A stretch of DNA of 64,000 nt from Mytilus trossulus (lineage: Eukaryota), in assembly GCF_036588685.1 (NCBI RefSeq), contig NC_086379.1, positions 36,828,001 to 36,892,000 of the forward strand, written 5' to 3'. The translations under genes were made by a program, and so were the position numbers. Of this stretch, positions 22,321 through 36,637 are shown in pieces; positions within the stretch are counted from its first letter, which is position 1, and every line of letters starts with the position of its first letter. The notes below the pieces were generated by a model. That model saw nothing but the letters and a program-made list of their open reading frames with translations, was not told where the DNA came from and did not search any database.

Positions 22321-25300
22321 TTACATCCGATTATGCTTCCCCAGAGTGGTTCTACAGTTTGGACAACTGTGTACTGTATCTTTACACGAACTGATGCAGA
22401 ATGGAATAAAACAACATCCGACGTCACATCTACAAAAAGAATAGACACAAAATGTACAAGACTTTTTGTAAATTTAAAGCCTAGTTTAAAAAATATCATG
22501 TTAAGAGTACTATCAATTTAGATTTTATAGTTGATTACATTAAGATTCTAGGGTCTATCAATTATGGACCCTTAAGGGACTGTTGACCTAAATATAACGA
22601 TTTCTTTCAGAATGGGCGCTAAAGGGGTCTGGAATGATAAAAAATAAACTCATCACAGATGCCAGGATTGGAATTTTATATTTACGCCAGACGCGCGCTT
22701 CGTCTACAAAAAGACTCAACAGAAACAGTCGAATCAAAAATGTTAAAAAGCCAAATAAAGTACGAAGTTGACGAGCGTTGATGATCATTATTCCTAAAAG
22801 TTTTGCCAATTGCAGCTTTAAGGTAATCTTTTCCTGAGATAGAAATATTTTATGAGGTAAATTTTTATCATCTAATCTTCAGCTGAATGAATTTCACCGT
22901 AATGTTTGGTTACTGTCTCTTGATCTTTCCTCCGCTTATCTCTATAGTCATTAGAAAAACATGCGTAAGATGAAAATATTCAATTTCCTTTCTTCAACAA
23001 ATTTAACTTTTCATGAAAATGATTTCGGACTAAACCAATGCTAATAGTGGTCAGTAGTTTCTAGTTATGTCTTATTAAAGTTATTTGATTGACTACGTTA
23101 CATATACAAACATAAAGAATGACCAATAGCAAATATGGTCGAGAACAATTTAAATTATACATTATATCGGCACCAATAATGTAGGTTCAAAACTAATGGA
23201 AGCCAGCTAGATCTAACTGTCCATTCTCTTTGTTGGTATATTGGATAAGATAGGGGTAGAAAGTTAACATAGAGATAATCTGGATCCATCGTCTTCAAAT
23301 AAAAACAGGTTTCTTAACCCACCATTTTCTTCGATAAATGCCTATATGATGTCAAGAGTATGGAAGTTGTTTTGTGCTTGCTTGAAGTTGATTGACACCG
23401 TATGATTTTGTCACTTTTTAATTTGTTTTAAAGATTGGTATATTTGTCATACTATTTTTCAATACGTGGGATGGGTAAGATAAACTCTGTGTATTTTGTA
23501 TAGATAAGCGGAGGCTTCCTCAAACACACATGCTACTGTGGACCGTTAGAAAACTGTTTCTTTCTACACCACCATTGTGTTTTGTCATACCTGAGGGAAT
23601 GAGGGATCACAATACAAGACTCATCAGTCCATCTGCAGTGGCATCGACCCAGTGGTGTAAATAGTTATCAAAGGTATCAGGATTATAATTTTATACGCCA
23701 GACGCGTACATGTATATGAATTATGTACATGTGTTAATTCCAGAAATTATAATTTCATCAAATCATAGAGACATTTGTCAATATTGGACCGAATGTATAG
23801 AAAACTTACCCAACAAGACACAGAACTAAACATGCGACCCACGTTAATGTACCAGTTTGATAAGTTGTGCTGGTTATTATTTGTTTCTGACAGCTTGGAC
23901 AGGTCATACCAACTGGCGACTCTCTCATTGGTGGTGACATCATCGGCTGTGTTATGATGACTGTTGTTGGTTGACCATATCCTGGTTGACCTAGAATGTG
24001 ATGTAAAATTATGAAAATACATTTAAGATGTCGATTTTTAGTAAGTCAATTTATATGAGGGGTTGATTGAATCTTTCAAAACTGGATTGTAGTCACATAA
24101 TTTTATGGCCCTATTTTATGAAATGTAAATAAATGCAAACGCAGTGTTCCGCTGTTCCAAAGTTATTCCAGGTCTTTCAGAATCATTTTGATTAAATATT
24201 TGCTTTTTTTTTTAATATAAAATTGTACTTTATTTAATCAAGCTTTATGTTTTAGCAATTTTAAGAATAACAAAAATTAATATTGATATGGAAACAAATT
24301 TAAATCTTTTATTTTTACCTAAGCTTTTTTTCTTTTCCCTAAATTTTTTGTTAAAACTGAATAATAATCCAACTAATCAACAACAAAAAAACCAACCAAC
24401 AAACAAACAAACATAAGCCTTATCAACTGATTTTATAGTTCGTACTTATGTTATACTGTTATACCACTGTCCCAGGTTAGGGGAGGGTTGGGATCCCGCT
24501 TACATGTTTAACCCCGCCACACTATTTATGTTTGTCCCTGTCCCAAGTCAGGAGCCTGTAATTCAGTGGTTGCCGTTTGTTTATGTGTTACATATTTGTT
24601 TTTCGTTCATTTTTTTTTATATAAATAAGTTATCTCGTTTGAATTTTTACATTTTCATATCAGGGCTTTTAATAGCTGACTTTGCGGTATGGGCTTTGCT
24701 CATTGTTGAAGGCCGTATTGTGAGCTATAGTTGTTAATGTCTGTGTCATTTTGGTCTCTTGTGGACAGTTGTCTCATTGGCAATCATACCACATCTTCTT
24801 TTTTAAATATACAAAACATAAATACGATAAAAACTTTCAGTCTCATATTGATGTTTACCCATGCACTGACGAAATGTTCATCCTATTTAAGAAGAGTAAA
24901 ACATGAAACGTTAACCGTTTAAACACACAATCAATCATTTTTTTCAATATATTTCACTATTAAATGATTCCCCAATGGTTTATATCGTGCCTCATGCAAA
25001 AGACATCGGAAACATCTGACAAAATGATATGACATAAATAATAAACAGTACTGTTTAGTATTGAGTCTTTTTCTAGCTCGTCGTATACCTAGCATATGAC
25101 ACTCTAACCATAACCAGAAGTAACTAAATTATTAATTTCTGATCGAATTTAATTAAGAATTGAATGCTTCTTTTTGTAAATTTAATGGGTGGTAAAAGCG
25201 TTGACCGAAGTACATTTTGTATGAAGCGCGGAAGCGCTTCATTCTAAAAATGTACGCACGGTCAACGCTTTTACAACCCTATAAAGTTTCAAAAAGAAGT

Positions 25301-28300
25301 ATTCAATACTTATAATTACATTTTTTTAGCTAAAATCATGAAAACACGATTTTTATCCAGTTTTATTTAATTCACCTGTGCACTTTTTTGTGGGACCTCG
25401 TGTCATCATGCATGATAAATGTTATGGTCTGATGCAATTGTTTACGGAATAACATGTTAGCCAATCAGAATAACGTATTATAATGAAACTTACATCTAAT
25501 GTAATTATATTAAAATAAAATGCATGAAAAATCCTGTAAAAAGCAAGGCTATTTGCTGTTGGACTTCATGATATTGAATATGTTTGATATGGGCCGTTAT
25601 TGGAATTAAGCATAATTCCAAGTGAGGGATAAATGTTGATTCTGAGATTCTAGCTTTATATACAAGCTGTAGTTTTCATTTTTACCTACAATAGAAATTA
25701 TATTTAAAGGGTATAACTGAAATCATATTTACCTTGATGATATGGTGCTGGAGGTGGGGGTGGACCATATCCTTGTTGACCCCCTGGCGGACCATATCCG
25801 GGTTGACCTCCTGGTTGACCTCCTGGGGGACCATATCCAGGTTGACCCCCTGGTTTACCTTCAGGTGGACCATATCCAGGTGGACCTCCTGGTTGACTTC
25901 CTAGAGGTAAAGATTAATGTGTCATGAAGCCTGATTAAAAATCCAATCGCACAGACTTATTTTTTAATAAAAAAAATTCCACGAATTAGACCCAGCACAA
26001 ATCAAGTATGTTTACAAGAAAATAAACTAAGAGCGTTATTCATTGTGGCTGTTGTTAGATGGAACAATCTGCAATGGTGAACCAAATTCCGCTCTGCTTT
26101 CAGCAATACTACAAAGCTCAGATTGTGTGTGTATGCTACAGATGAACTCTACATGACTATATTTTCGTTTTTTATATGCTCTAATGATCATATGTCAAAA
26201 ACGTCTTATTTTTAGTAGGTGCTATAATTAAGTGTATGTTTATATTTTGTGGCCCATTTATGGGCATTATGTTTTATGGTATGTGCATCCGTCTATTCGT
26301 TCGTCCGTATGTCCCGATTCAGGTTAAAGTTTTGGTTAAAGTTTTTGAGCGAGATTTTTTTTGACGAAGTTGAAGTCCGATCAATTTGAAACTTTGTTTA
26401 AATGATCTCTCTAATTTTAATGCCAAATTAGATATTTTATACTATTTTCACGGTCCACTGAACATAGAGATTAAAAGTGCGGATGGGGCATCCGTGTTCT
26501 TGGGACACATTCTTGTTTGTTGTTGTAATAAAACATATAATATATTATCAGTCTCCTAGGGTATCATCAATTCAGCTGTTAGTACTTCGGTACTGACATG
26601 ATAATAAATCACCTTTCTTAAAGTGTCTGTTAACAAACTTTGAAATTTTAAGAAAATCAGGTTTCAACTAATTCATGCAAAGTTGACCTTCGATGAATTT
26701 GGCTATCTATTTTTGACTTTTTTTGGGTCATATATATATATATACAACTCGTCTAAACATCAACCCAACAATGTTAGATCTGTAAATTTGCTTTCGCAAA
26801 TTTTTGGTTCTTCCCTTGCCGGGATTCGAACCCATGCTACTGTGATATCGTGACACCGAATCGCCTGCACTGCAGCCGTCCCGCTAGACCACACGACCAC
26901 CTGGGCTCTCAAAAAAAGAGATTTCGGTGGCCATATGTTACCTTTCCACGTCAGTTTTAATCTAGCGGCGTACTACAGTACATGATATATAAGGCATGAA
27001 GATGTTATTGTTACAGATCAGCTAAATTATCTATAGTAAAGGATCCTACAAATTAATGTAAGATACAGTCACAGAAAATAATTATATTCATAAGTACTTC
27101 TGAGTCAGTGACAACCCTACAACAGATGTATCCATCGGATCGCCATCAATGATGGTGATACATGGCTGTGTACATAATGTATATACAACTTGTCTAAACA
27201 TCAACCCAACAATGTTAGATCTGTAAATTTGCTTTCGCAAATTTTTGGTTCTTCCCTCGCCGTTTTTTTTGGATATATATATAACAATAACATCTTCATG
27301 CCTTATATATCATGTACGTAGTACGCCGCTAGATTTACACTGACGTGGAAAGGTAACACATGGCCAGCGAAAGCTCTTTTATGAGAGCCCAGGTGGTCAT
27401 GTGGTCTAGCGGGACGGCTGCAGTGCAGGCGATTCGGTGTCACGATATCACAGTAGCATGGGTTCGAATTTCGGCGAGGGAAGAACCTAAAATTTGCCAA
27501 AGCAAATTTACAGATCTAACATTGTTGGGTTAATGTTTAGACGAGTTATGAAGATGTGGTATGAGTGCCAATGAGACAACTCTCCATCAAAGTCACAATT
27601 TACAAAACTAAACCATTATAAGTCAAGGTACGGTCTTCAACACGGAGCCTAGGCTCACACCGAACAGCAAGCTATAAGGGGCCCCAACAATTACTAGTGT
27701 AAAACCATTAAAATGGGAAAATCAACGGTATAATCTATATAAAACACGAGTAACGAGAAACACTTATGAACGACATAAACAAACGATAACCACTGAACAT
27801 CAGATTCATGACTTAGGACAGGCGCAAACAATTGTAGCGGGATTAAACGTTTTAATGGAATCCAACCTTCTCCCTTTTCTGACACATTAGTATAACATTA
27901 CAACATAGAAACCACATTGTAAAATATCAATTAGAAAGACTTAAATCAATCAAAAAAACGAAGTGACACAAATAAAGCTGTTTGACTGTTCCCGTTCTTA
28001 TGTAGCATTGGCTTTGTAATATTCGGATTTGAGCGTTCCAAATGCAAATGATTCCAGAATAGCGCTGCGGACTCCAAAAAAAAAATTTAGTGTTTTCATT
28101 TTCACTTAGGTATATCATATAATTGTTCATGTCGATACTTAGTTTAATAAGAAATTTTCTGCTATATAGATTAATCTATATGTTTATTGTTAAACAAATA
28201 AATAACTGGTTTAACATTAGATATTCTAATAAAACAAATATTCAATACAATATGACTGTATATAATTTTCAATTTCACCAACAACCTTTAAATGTCCATA

Positions 28301-30626
28301 CCGTACTCCTAAGGAACCATTTGAAACTCTTTGTGGCTTTCGTATTATCGATATTGAATTATGTACCTTATATTCGGATTTCTTTTAAATGCATTGCCGA
28401 TTTGACTAATCCGAAACAACTGATATTGACCTATTACATTACGAGTCTAAACATCAAAGCTTTATTTTTCAAGAAATACTACTGTTAATCGTGATTTCAA
28501 TTTTCGAAAATATTTCTGTAATTTTGATTAAAATTATTACGAAGTACACAGTTTAGAAGAAATTCAATATTATATGCAGTATAAAAAAAGGGATAATATT
28601 ATGATTTAGGTACACTTTATTTACACACTTTATTACACAAATGTTTGACAAATTTATTCCAGTATTTACGAATATTCATAGTACATTATCCTCTTCCATA
28701 CTAACAAATCATATCAAATTAAAATACATTTTATTTTTAAAACAATGTTCATTGAAATTCACAAAAATTGATTAACCTGTTTCTTGTAATGACGTAAAAT
28801 TTCCCGATAAACATGAAAGGATTCTAAACATAAATATAACCAAAGGTGTATCATTACGGCTGTAGTTTCTTTAAATAGTACAAATAAAAATGTCAGTCGT
28901 AGTTCAAGTTCAATAAAAACAGGATAATCTTTTATTATGTATTGATGATCAGTTACAAGTCATAACGTCATGAATAGATCTATAAAATAATAAATATGTT
29001 GATAGATCACTATGGTTGCACAACACAAACGACATACTCGACTGATCATGTGCACAATAATAATTTTATTCAATGTTTAGCAGGATGTTGATATACAATC
29101 AACCTTGCACAAATAATTTTGCGATAAGTATAGTTCTTTGGTTTCCTGACCGCAATACAAATAAACGTAACTGTCGCATACATGTAAGAAAATACCTTTA
29201 AACAAAAGCGAAAAAGCTAGTGTCATTCTGATAAACATTAATCGTGTTCATATGATGAAATCATAATCTTTCAGTCAGTTTAATTGAAGTCTGGAGCTGG
29301 CTTGTCAGTTAAGTGCTAGTAGTCTGTTGTTATTTATGTATTATTGTCATTTTGTTTATTTTCTTTGGTTACATCTTCTGACATCAGACTCGGACTTCTC
29401 TTGAACTGAATTTTAATGTGCGTATTGTTATGTGTTTACTTTTCTACATTGGTTAGAGGTATAGGGGGAGGGTTGAGATCCCACAAACATGTTTAACCCC
29501 GCCGAATTTTTGCGCCTGTCCCAAGTCAGAAGTCTCTGGCCTTTGTTAGTCTTGTATTATTTTAATTTTAGTTTCTTGTGTACAATTTGGAAATTAGTAT
29601 GGCGTTCATTATCACTGAACTAGTATATATTTGTTAAGGGGCCAGCTGAAGGACGCCTCTGGGTGCGGGAATTTCTCGCTACATTGAAGACCTGTAGGTG
29701 AACTTCTGCTGTTGTTTTTTTTATTTTGTCGGGTTGTTGTCTCTTTGACACATTCCCCATTTCCATTCTCAATTTTATTAGTATTTATTCAGTTCAAGGA
29801 TAGCTATGAACAGGTATATATATTTGTATTAATTAAAACTGTCAACGTAGAGATATGTAGTGGGTTCTTTCAAGTTCTTACTCATTATAAGTTATAATGA
29901 CCTGTTAATTTTTTTTTACAATTAATCGTAATCACATGTCAGACGTATTTCAGTCGCAACTACAATGGAATAAGAACAAGGTACTACGAATACAAAAATG
30001 CTGTAACTAATGCCTTACATCCCTTGCACAAATTAGCAGAGTTGACAATGATAGGACAAGCTTAATTTGAACACACGTATCGGACAATCTGCTGCGATAT
30101 CTAGTTCAGGCAAAAAAATTTGGAAGGGAAATGTATATTTATTGTCACATTAGAAATACCTCTGAAATACTAGTATGTTGCATTCATTGGTTTGACACAT
30201 ACTTGAGTGTGAAAGCATCGTTTAGAATCATCCCCAAAACAGAAATATCACAAGACTGGAAGATATTGTTTTATGATAACAACGCATAAGCATAACGACC
30301 ACCGAGACAACATGCAATAGCGGTCACGAAAGGATAGAAGGATCAAATCATTATAAGTTCGTCATAAACGTTATTTGTCAGCATGCATCGATATATTATG
30401 TAACCATAGTTGTCAAAAGTAGAATAAATAAAATACCGAACTTAAACGACATTTCAAACGTAAGCTTTTGTAATCAGAACCAAACGTTTGTTTTCCCTTC
30501 CGCAAGAACCTCAAGAAAATGGAGTGAAACTTTTTATTACTAAACTTAATCCAACGCAGTTATCTATTAAAAAAAAAAGAAACTGAATTTACCTGGGTTG
30601 TTATAAGGTGGTGGTGGCGCTGACAT
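22321..30626 (-). CDS. LITAF: LITAF/CDIP1-like gene 2, complete (coding exons 30626-30593, 25900-25733, 23990-23810, 22429-22321)
   Basis: All junctions are GT-AG and phase-compatible. MSAPPPPYNNP-(GYGPPGGQP repeats)-...[74 protein letters not shown]: CxxC, hydrophobic core and HxCxxC of the LITAF domain. Confidence 0.92.
25151..25505. repeat. Palindromic (Crypton-like) non-autonomous repeat
   Basis: ~80-bp inverted arms around GAAGCGCGGAAGCGCTTC. Similar architectures occur at 42262-42838 and 49434-49565. Confidence 0.5.
26245..26520 (+). mobile_element. Short Helentron/HINE-like element
   Basis: 5' hairpin GCCCATTTATGGGC, degenerate TCCG microsatellite and 3' end GGGCATCCGTGTTCTTGGGACACATTCTTGTT. 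Confidence 0.55.
26740..27550. repeat. Repeat with tRNA-like Pol III head, in tandem and inverted copies
   Basis: Plus copy at ~27387-27480 has A-box TGGTCATGTGG and B-box GGTTCGAAT; inverted copy at ~26812-26907; the sequence at 26745 recurs ~438 bp later. Confidence 0.6.
29250..29780 (+). repeat. Interspersed repeat; inverted copy at ~56040-56465, related core also at ~18590-18860 and ~24420-24810
   Basis: Shared CATGTTTAACCCCGCC...CCTGTCCCAAGTCAG core, with long near-identity between the 29.3-kb and 56-kb copies. Confidence 0.7.
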
Positions 30627-33501
30627 ATTTCCAAATGAATCAAACCGTTATCCAACTTTATCCAATTCCTGAAAGAGATGCAATTGGACGTGTCACTTTG
30701 CGTCACAAAAATATGTAATAAAAATGCCTTTGATTGTCAAAATATATATAAAAAAGAGCACGAAATTTATTTCATTTTAACAATCTTGTTCAAGAAATCC
30801 TGTGGCAAAATATCTTTCTGGGTAAAATATTGCTCAATTAAGGAAATCTGATTCCGATGATGTTCGCAAAAATGTAAATTGACAAAAATATTGAACTCCG
30901 AAACTCTAAAATACAACAAACGAATGGACTACAACTGTCATATTCCTGACTTGGTGCAGACATTTTCAAATGTAGAAAATGGTGGATTAAACCTGGTTTT
31001 ATCAACCGAGTCAAATTTGACATTTTTTATTTGCATTGGAAAGACAGAAGTATTAATAAGTGCCCGAAGATAGAAAAAAAAATATGTTTGATAGAATTGA
31101 ACAAAATATAACAAATATGTTTTCAGGCAGACATACTCTTTAATGTCTATGTTTTATAAACATACATAAAAAAACTGCTTTTGTTAGAAGATGAAATTAA
31201 ACACAACGGTTTAACCTTATATTTTTTGTTCGGTTTCATTTGTTCACACTGAAATTTATGAACTAATATCACAAGAAGAAACGGCTAAACTCCTGATGGT
31301 GGCTGGCAAATTCCTGTGTTAATAAAAAAGATCTGAGAAAACAAGATTTTGTTTGAATTCTTAATCCTGAATCATATGAACAAAAAGCAAAACACATGAT
31401 ATATGTAGGTTTGCATTTCTTTGCTTTTTGTAATCAAAAGATTTAATGTGTATATGAAAAATAAAAGTATTGTAGCGTTTAATGCTGAAATGATCTCCTT
31501 TATAACATCTTTATTTGACATCAGACGTCTGGCAATCAACCAATTGAAGTTTGAGAGGATTAAAATACATCTCACTTTATCTGCCATTGACATTGTTATA
31601 TTTATTCTAATGAAACATATAATGGACACTTCTCATGGCGGTTTCCGTACGCGTAATGATATCCACCAATACCAGAATAAAAAAAAAACACAAGAAAATA
31701 ACTGTTTCGTCGAATGCAGTGTATTCTGCCAAAAAAAAAAAAATGAACTACGAGAACTAAAACTACTCTTTTCTACTTACGTGTACACAAACTATAGTTT
31801 CATCACTGAAAATCCACAATTTATTTTCAAACGTAGATATTGGAAAAGTGAAATCATTACTACATGAAGCCAGTCAGGTGTGAACAAATAGCATTTCAAT
31901 ATGACCGATTTTTTTTCTATACTGAATTGAAGTGTTCAAACATCTTTTGTGTTTATTGATCCATTTGATAGATAAATATATGTGGAAATAAGATTTGATC
32001 TGGTGCTGATGTTCATTGAATATATAGATATATTCTGTTGACAAATTAAAGTATAAATAGGTTTCAATACACTGAACATATTTTAGGATGTTAAGAGAGG
32101 AGAGGATTAAGATTCAAAACGTCATCATACTTTAAAAATTAAAACCGACAAAACCCTGACGAATGAAGTACCATGACGAAATACTCAGTGAATGAATTTC
32201 GTGACGAAATAATTAATGATTGAATTTGATTTATTTAAGTATAATTTTTTTGCAAAATAGACGGTGTAATGCTCATTTAATCGATGAACAGGTTTATCAA
32301 TGGCACACCTACAATCTTATGAAAAAGTAAAATAACAAAAATTACGAACTCAAATGAAAATTCAAATTGGAAAGTTTAGATGACCTGCAAGATGATTTGA
32401 TGTCAGATGTATTATAGCCGCAACAAAAATGTGGTTAGGGCTATATAATGACCCAGAGTCCCATCACAAAAAAGGAAAATAATGTAATGAATGTCTGACA
32501 ACTCCTAGCATCAATTTGGAATGCTTCCAAAGATGCTCAAAGCTTAATTTGAAAACAAGAATCCAACAATCTGCAAAGAAATTCAGTCCTAGCAAAGGTT
32601 TCTGGGAGAGAAGTATACTTTGTGTGAAGTAAAGTAAAAAAAAAGAACCGACCTCCTAGGAATAATCAAGATGGAAGTTATTTTTATAAAATGGCAAAGT
32701 CAAAAGTTCAAACGCTTCAAACGAATTAAAAGCAAATGTTATATATATATATATTCCTGATATGGTATAGGCATTTCCTTATGTAGAAAATAACGGATTA
32801 AACATAGTTTTACAGCAAGCTTAACCTCTCACTTGTATGACAGTTACATACAATTCCACTGTATTTACAACAGTGTGTAGATAAAACATACAGACATTAT
32901 AATATAAATGTAAAAAAATAGAGGTTCGACAGTAAACACTGTTTTATAATCTTCATCACTATAAAAACGAACTGGTATGTCAATAAAGAAAAGAATACAA
33001 AAATTACCACATCAATTTTCAATATCCTTAACCTCGTTAGCAAAATTAGTCGGTCCTTCACATGATTTGTCAAAATAATATCATGCCCGGCTACAAAAAC
33101 AGTGACCTGCTTTTCAACAGGTTGGACGAAAAAGAAAAATAAGAACTCCAAATAGTAAATATTTAAGATAAATAAAATTTAGACTTTTTAGGTCAGGGTT
33201 CCTAAATTTCCAATGCATGAAACCGTCTTTTAGTATCATTTATGTGCATTATTATTAGATCAAAATATGAATGTGTGATAACAATGCGATGTTAAGTATG
33301 TCCTATAAATTTAAATTTCTTCCTTTCGTATAATTGCCTTTTTGAAGCAAATTCAAAGTACTTCCCAAGATCTTCATTTCCTTGTTCAATAATGTGCTAT
33401 TAACTCCCTCCCCCTATGATGGTGTTAATTAAGACTCACTCATATCTATTGATAGTTTTAACAATGAAAACTTTCATCAAGAACAACACTGTTTGATAGT
33501 T

Positions 33502-33511
33502 GGAGTTTCCC
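33502..33511 (-). promoter_or_regulatory. Possible NF-kB site between the divergent LITAF gene 2 and the TIR-BIR gene
   Basis: GGGAAACTCC on the minus strand matches GGGRNWYYCC; a single motif that could be chance. Confidence 0.25.
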
Positions 33512-34983
33512 CGTTTTTTTTTAATTGTTATATTTGCTGATTTTTTAACAAGGTGGAATACATGTATCTATTATGATAATAGACTTGCTATGAGTAGTTT
33601 ATTATATTTCTTATAGGGATATAATATTTGAAATCAATCATACACGAATACAAATAGTATCCTAGCTACTACTCTTGTTTTTGATATCCCAGATGACACT
33701 CCTGTAAATTAAAAAAAGGAGATTTAGACTTCAATGGAGCTGAAATTTTATCAGCTAATTTTAATAACAATTAGTATGTCGATGGTGTCCTTATCATATC
33801 TTCTATGCCCAAAATCAGCCTTTTGTCTTTATTTCATTAAATATGTATATGAGACTTTATTGAGACATAATAACATTGTAAAGATTGTAGTATGATTTAA
33901 ATGTCCTGATTATATGCATTTTGCTTTAAGATGAGCCATTTTAAATTAGTTTAAACAATTTCTATGTCCAGACCTTTAAGTCCAGTTTCCTTCATAGCGT
34001 TGTAACACCCACCTAGAACTATCTTTGTGTCTTGTGTACTATTTTGTCTGTTTTTCTTTTTTCTTTTCTAGCCAAGGCGTTGTCCGTTTATTTTCAAATC
34101 TTTGATTTTTGAATGTCCCATTTTTGTCTTTAGTCCCTCTTCTTTAATGTGTACATTGACAATTCTTTTATCATGTTTACATCATACTGAATCTACTGTA
34201 CAAGTAATATAGGAAACAAGTTGTTGATGAGATTAAAAGAACCACAAGATAAAAAAAATAGTTTGAATTAATGATTACTTCAGACTTCAGTGGAAGTATA
34301 AGATTTTAAGGCTGATTGGGATGAGAAAGGAAATATAGAATCCCACTATTCTTACTAAGTCAAGTCTATATTTCCTAGGTGAAGTTTCTTATATTTTTAA
34401 ATTTAAAAAAAAAGACTAAATAAAAACCTAGTATGTAACATCATTGCTACCACTTGTGTAGCTCTATCAATTATCATGTACATATCATAATTGATAACAA
34501 ATGTTTAAAAAGTAAAATCACAAAAATACTGAACTTAAAGGAAAATCAATTCGGAAAGTCCATAAAATTCATGTTTCTTTTGGTGAAATTTTCCTACAGA
34601 AAAAAGGCAACAGAAAGTTAAAGCTTTAAAATTAATAGCATTGCAGAACACCCTGTTCAAAGTTCGTTGAATTTTACCGCTGTAAAGCAACCTCGGTCTC
34701 TCGCTACAGATCATGAAAAAAGATTGGGATTTTTATTTTATTGTTGATTCAATTATTAAAGCGATGACCAGATGTTTCCTATAATAAAAATCACTTTAGG
34801 TTTCGCGGGTCAACACTTCCCCATTTAAAATATATCCTACATTGTAATGCGTACTAATCCCATTAGCTATGTTTATAGTGTTAAACTTTCTTTTCGAAGC
34901 CAGTAGACTGGATCATGACGTTATAACTGTATCGATTTGAAAAACTATTTATATCACAATTACCAACTGTAATTAATTGACAG

Positions 34984-36637
34984 CGAGTTTGGAGCAGAAA
35001 GATGAAAATCAGACAGTTAACGAAAAGAAACCAAATGTCGACATTTTTGTATTGTATGATGAAAGCGATGAGTTTACCACACGTAAAATCTTGGATACAT
35101 TATTCCATGCTGAAAATATTTCATATCGATGTCTGGAAAGGCACGGAGATCCTGGCAACACGACTTTTGATGACTTCAAAAATTTGATTCTGGAATGTAA
35201 AAAAGTATTATTTGTAATTTCAAAAGAGTTCAATAACAATGATGAAAAGATCTTTATGGTCAAAATGGCTTTAGATATGATCAATCATGACGTCAGTAGA
35301 CTCATTACTCTTTTATTGAATGTAGAAATGGCTGGCACCAAACATTTGTGGTGTCTTAATACAACTTTGAAACTCTCAATCCGACAACAAGATTGGAAAA
35401 GGCAACTTTTACAAGCGATTAAAATTATTCCTGTGGACTATTGCTCTGTATTAGAAACCGGAAACGTTTCAGATTATCTTCTCTTGAGAGGATTAACATT
35501 TGTTAACTTGAGGTGGAATGTTTATGGCGTTCTAATCGTTGCCGAAAATCGCTATTTAAAAGTAGAGTTGTTAGAATATTCAAAACACCTAGAGCAACAC
35601 CATGCTATGAACACGTTAAAAGCATGTGAGCAGTGCGGATTTCTTTCTAAGGTCGATACTACAATCAATTTATCATTTCGAAATGACTTTTCAAGCGATC
35701 AGATATTGGATATTAAAAACGATTTACTTCAGTTGTGCGTTAGTCTATTAAACACACGAATTCTAATGGAAACCCAGACAGAATGGTTGATAGTCTGTTC
35801 CATAACTGGACTTTATGGAAAACAACAACAAAACTATGTTTCAAATTTCTTTGCTGAGGTAAAGTCTGCAATAGAAACAAATTACACAACTGAGGCTAGT
35901 AATAAAGGTCAACTGCATCTCCCAGAATCTCCCAGAATATGCTGACGAGGAAAAACGAAGAGAGTCATTTGAAGGTGTCTGGCCAAGCGAAAATATTCCA
36001 CCCGCTGAAGTCATGGCAAAATCTGGATTTGTTTTTATGATGAAACCTGATGTTGCTCAGTGTTTTTCATGTGGTTATAACCAATGTTTATGGGAACCCG
36101 ACAAAGACCCCCTCATTGTACACGCACAAGTGACATCATCGTGTAATTTTGAAAGAGAAGATGTACCACCCCAAAAGCTTCCTTCACAAAGAATAAAATG
36201 TATTACCAAAAACGATGCATTTTCATCAGAAGACAGTAGGATGATTTCACTACGAAATTTAAAAATCTCCGAGTCAGACCTTTATATTTTAGAGTCTGAA
36301 GAAGACTTTACTCGCCATCAACTGGCAAAGGCGGGATTTTATAGGCTACAATATGGTTAAATGTTTTTCGTGTGGAATATCTGTAAGTTACAATGGAATA
36401 GAGACCGAATCAGACATTTGGAACATGCATGCTACCTTATCACCTAATTGCGAACATCTGTTACAACAGAAAGGTTCTAAATTTATCAATGCCATTAACA
36501 GTATTCAAAAAAGAAATATGGAGCCAACAATCGTCACTTTGTTTCTATTACCATTAAAGGGGAAACAAAGTTTCGTATGGCCAGGTTATGTGTTTCTACC
36601 TGGGGAACGATACAAACTTCAACCGATTGAATTATGA
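34984..36637 (+). pseudogene. TIR-domain / two-BIR-domain (IAP-like) gene, one large exon with two frameshifts
   Basis: TIR-like DIFVLYDESD...CLERHGDPG...ECKKVLFVISKEF; BIR1 YADEEKRRESF..WP...MAKSGF...CFSC-x16-H-x6-C; BIR2 LAKAGFY...VKCFSC-x18-H-x6-C. A 10-bp duplication at 35917-35936 and an indel near 36350 break the frame. Likely acceptor TTGACAG ends at 34983; start exon not identified. Confidence 0.8.

Noticed and set aside
27387-27480. Functional tRNA gene
   Set aside because: A- and B-boxes are present but I could not form a convincing cloverleaf, and it is embedded in a repeat.
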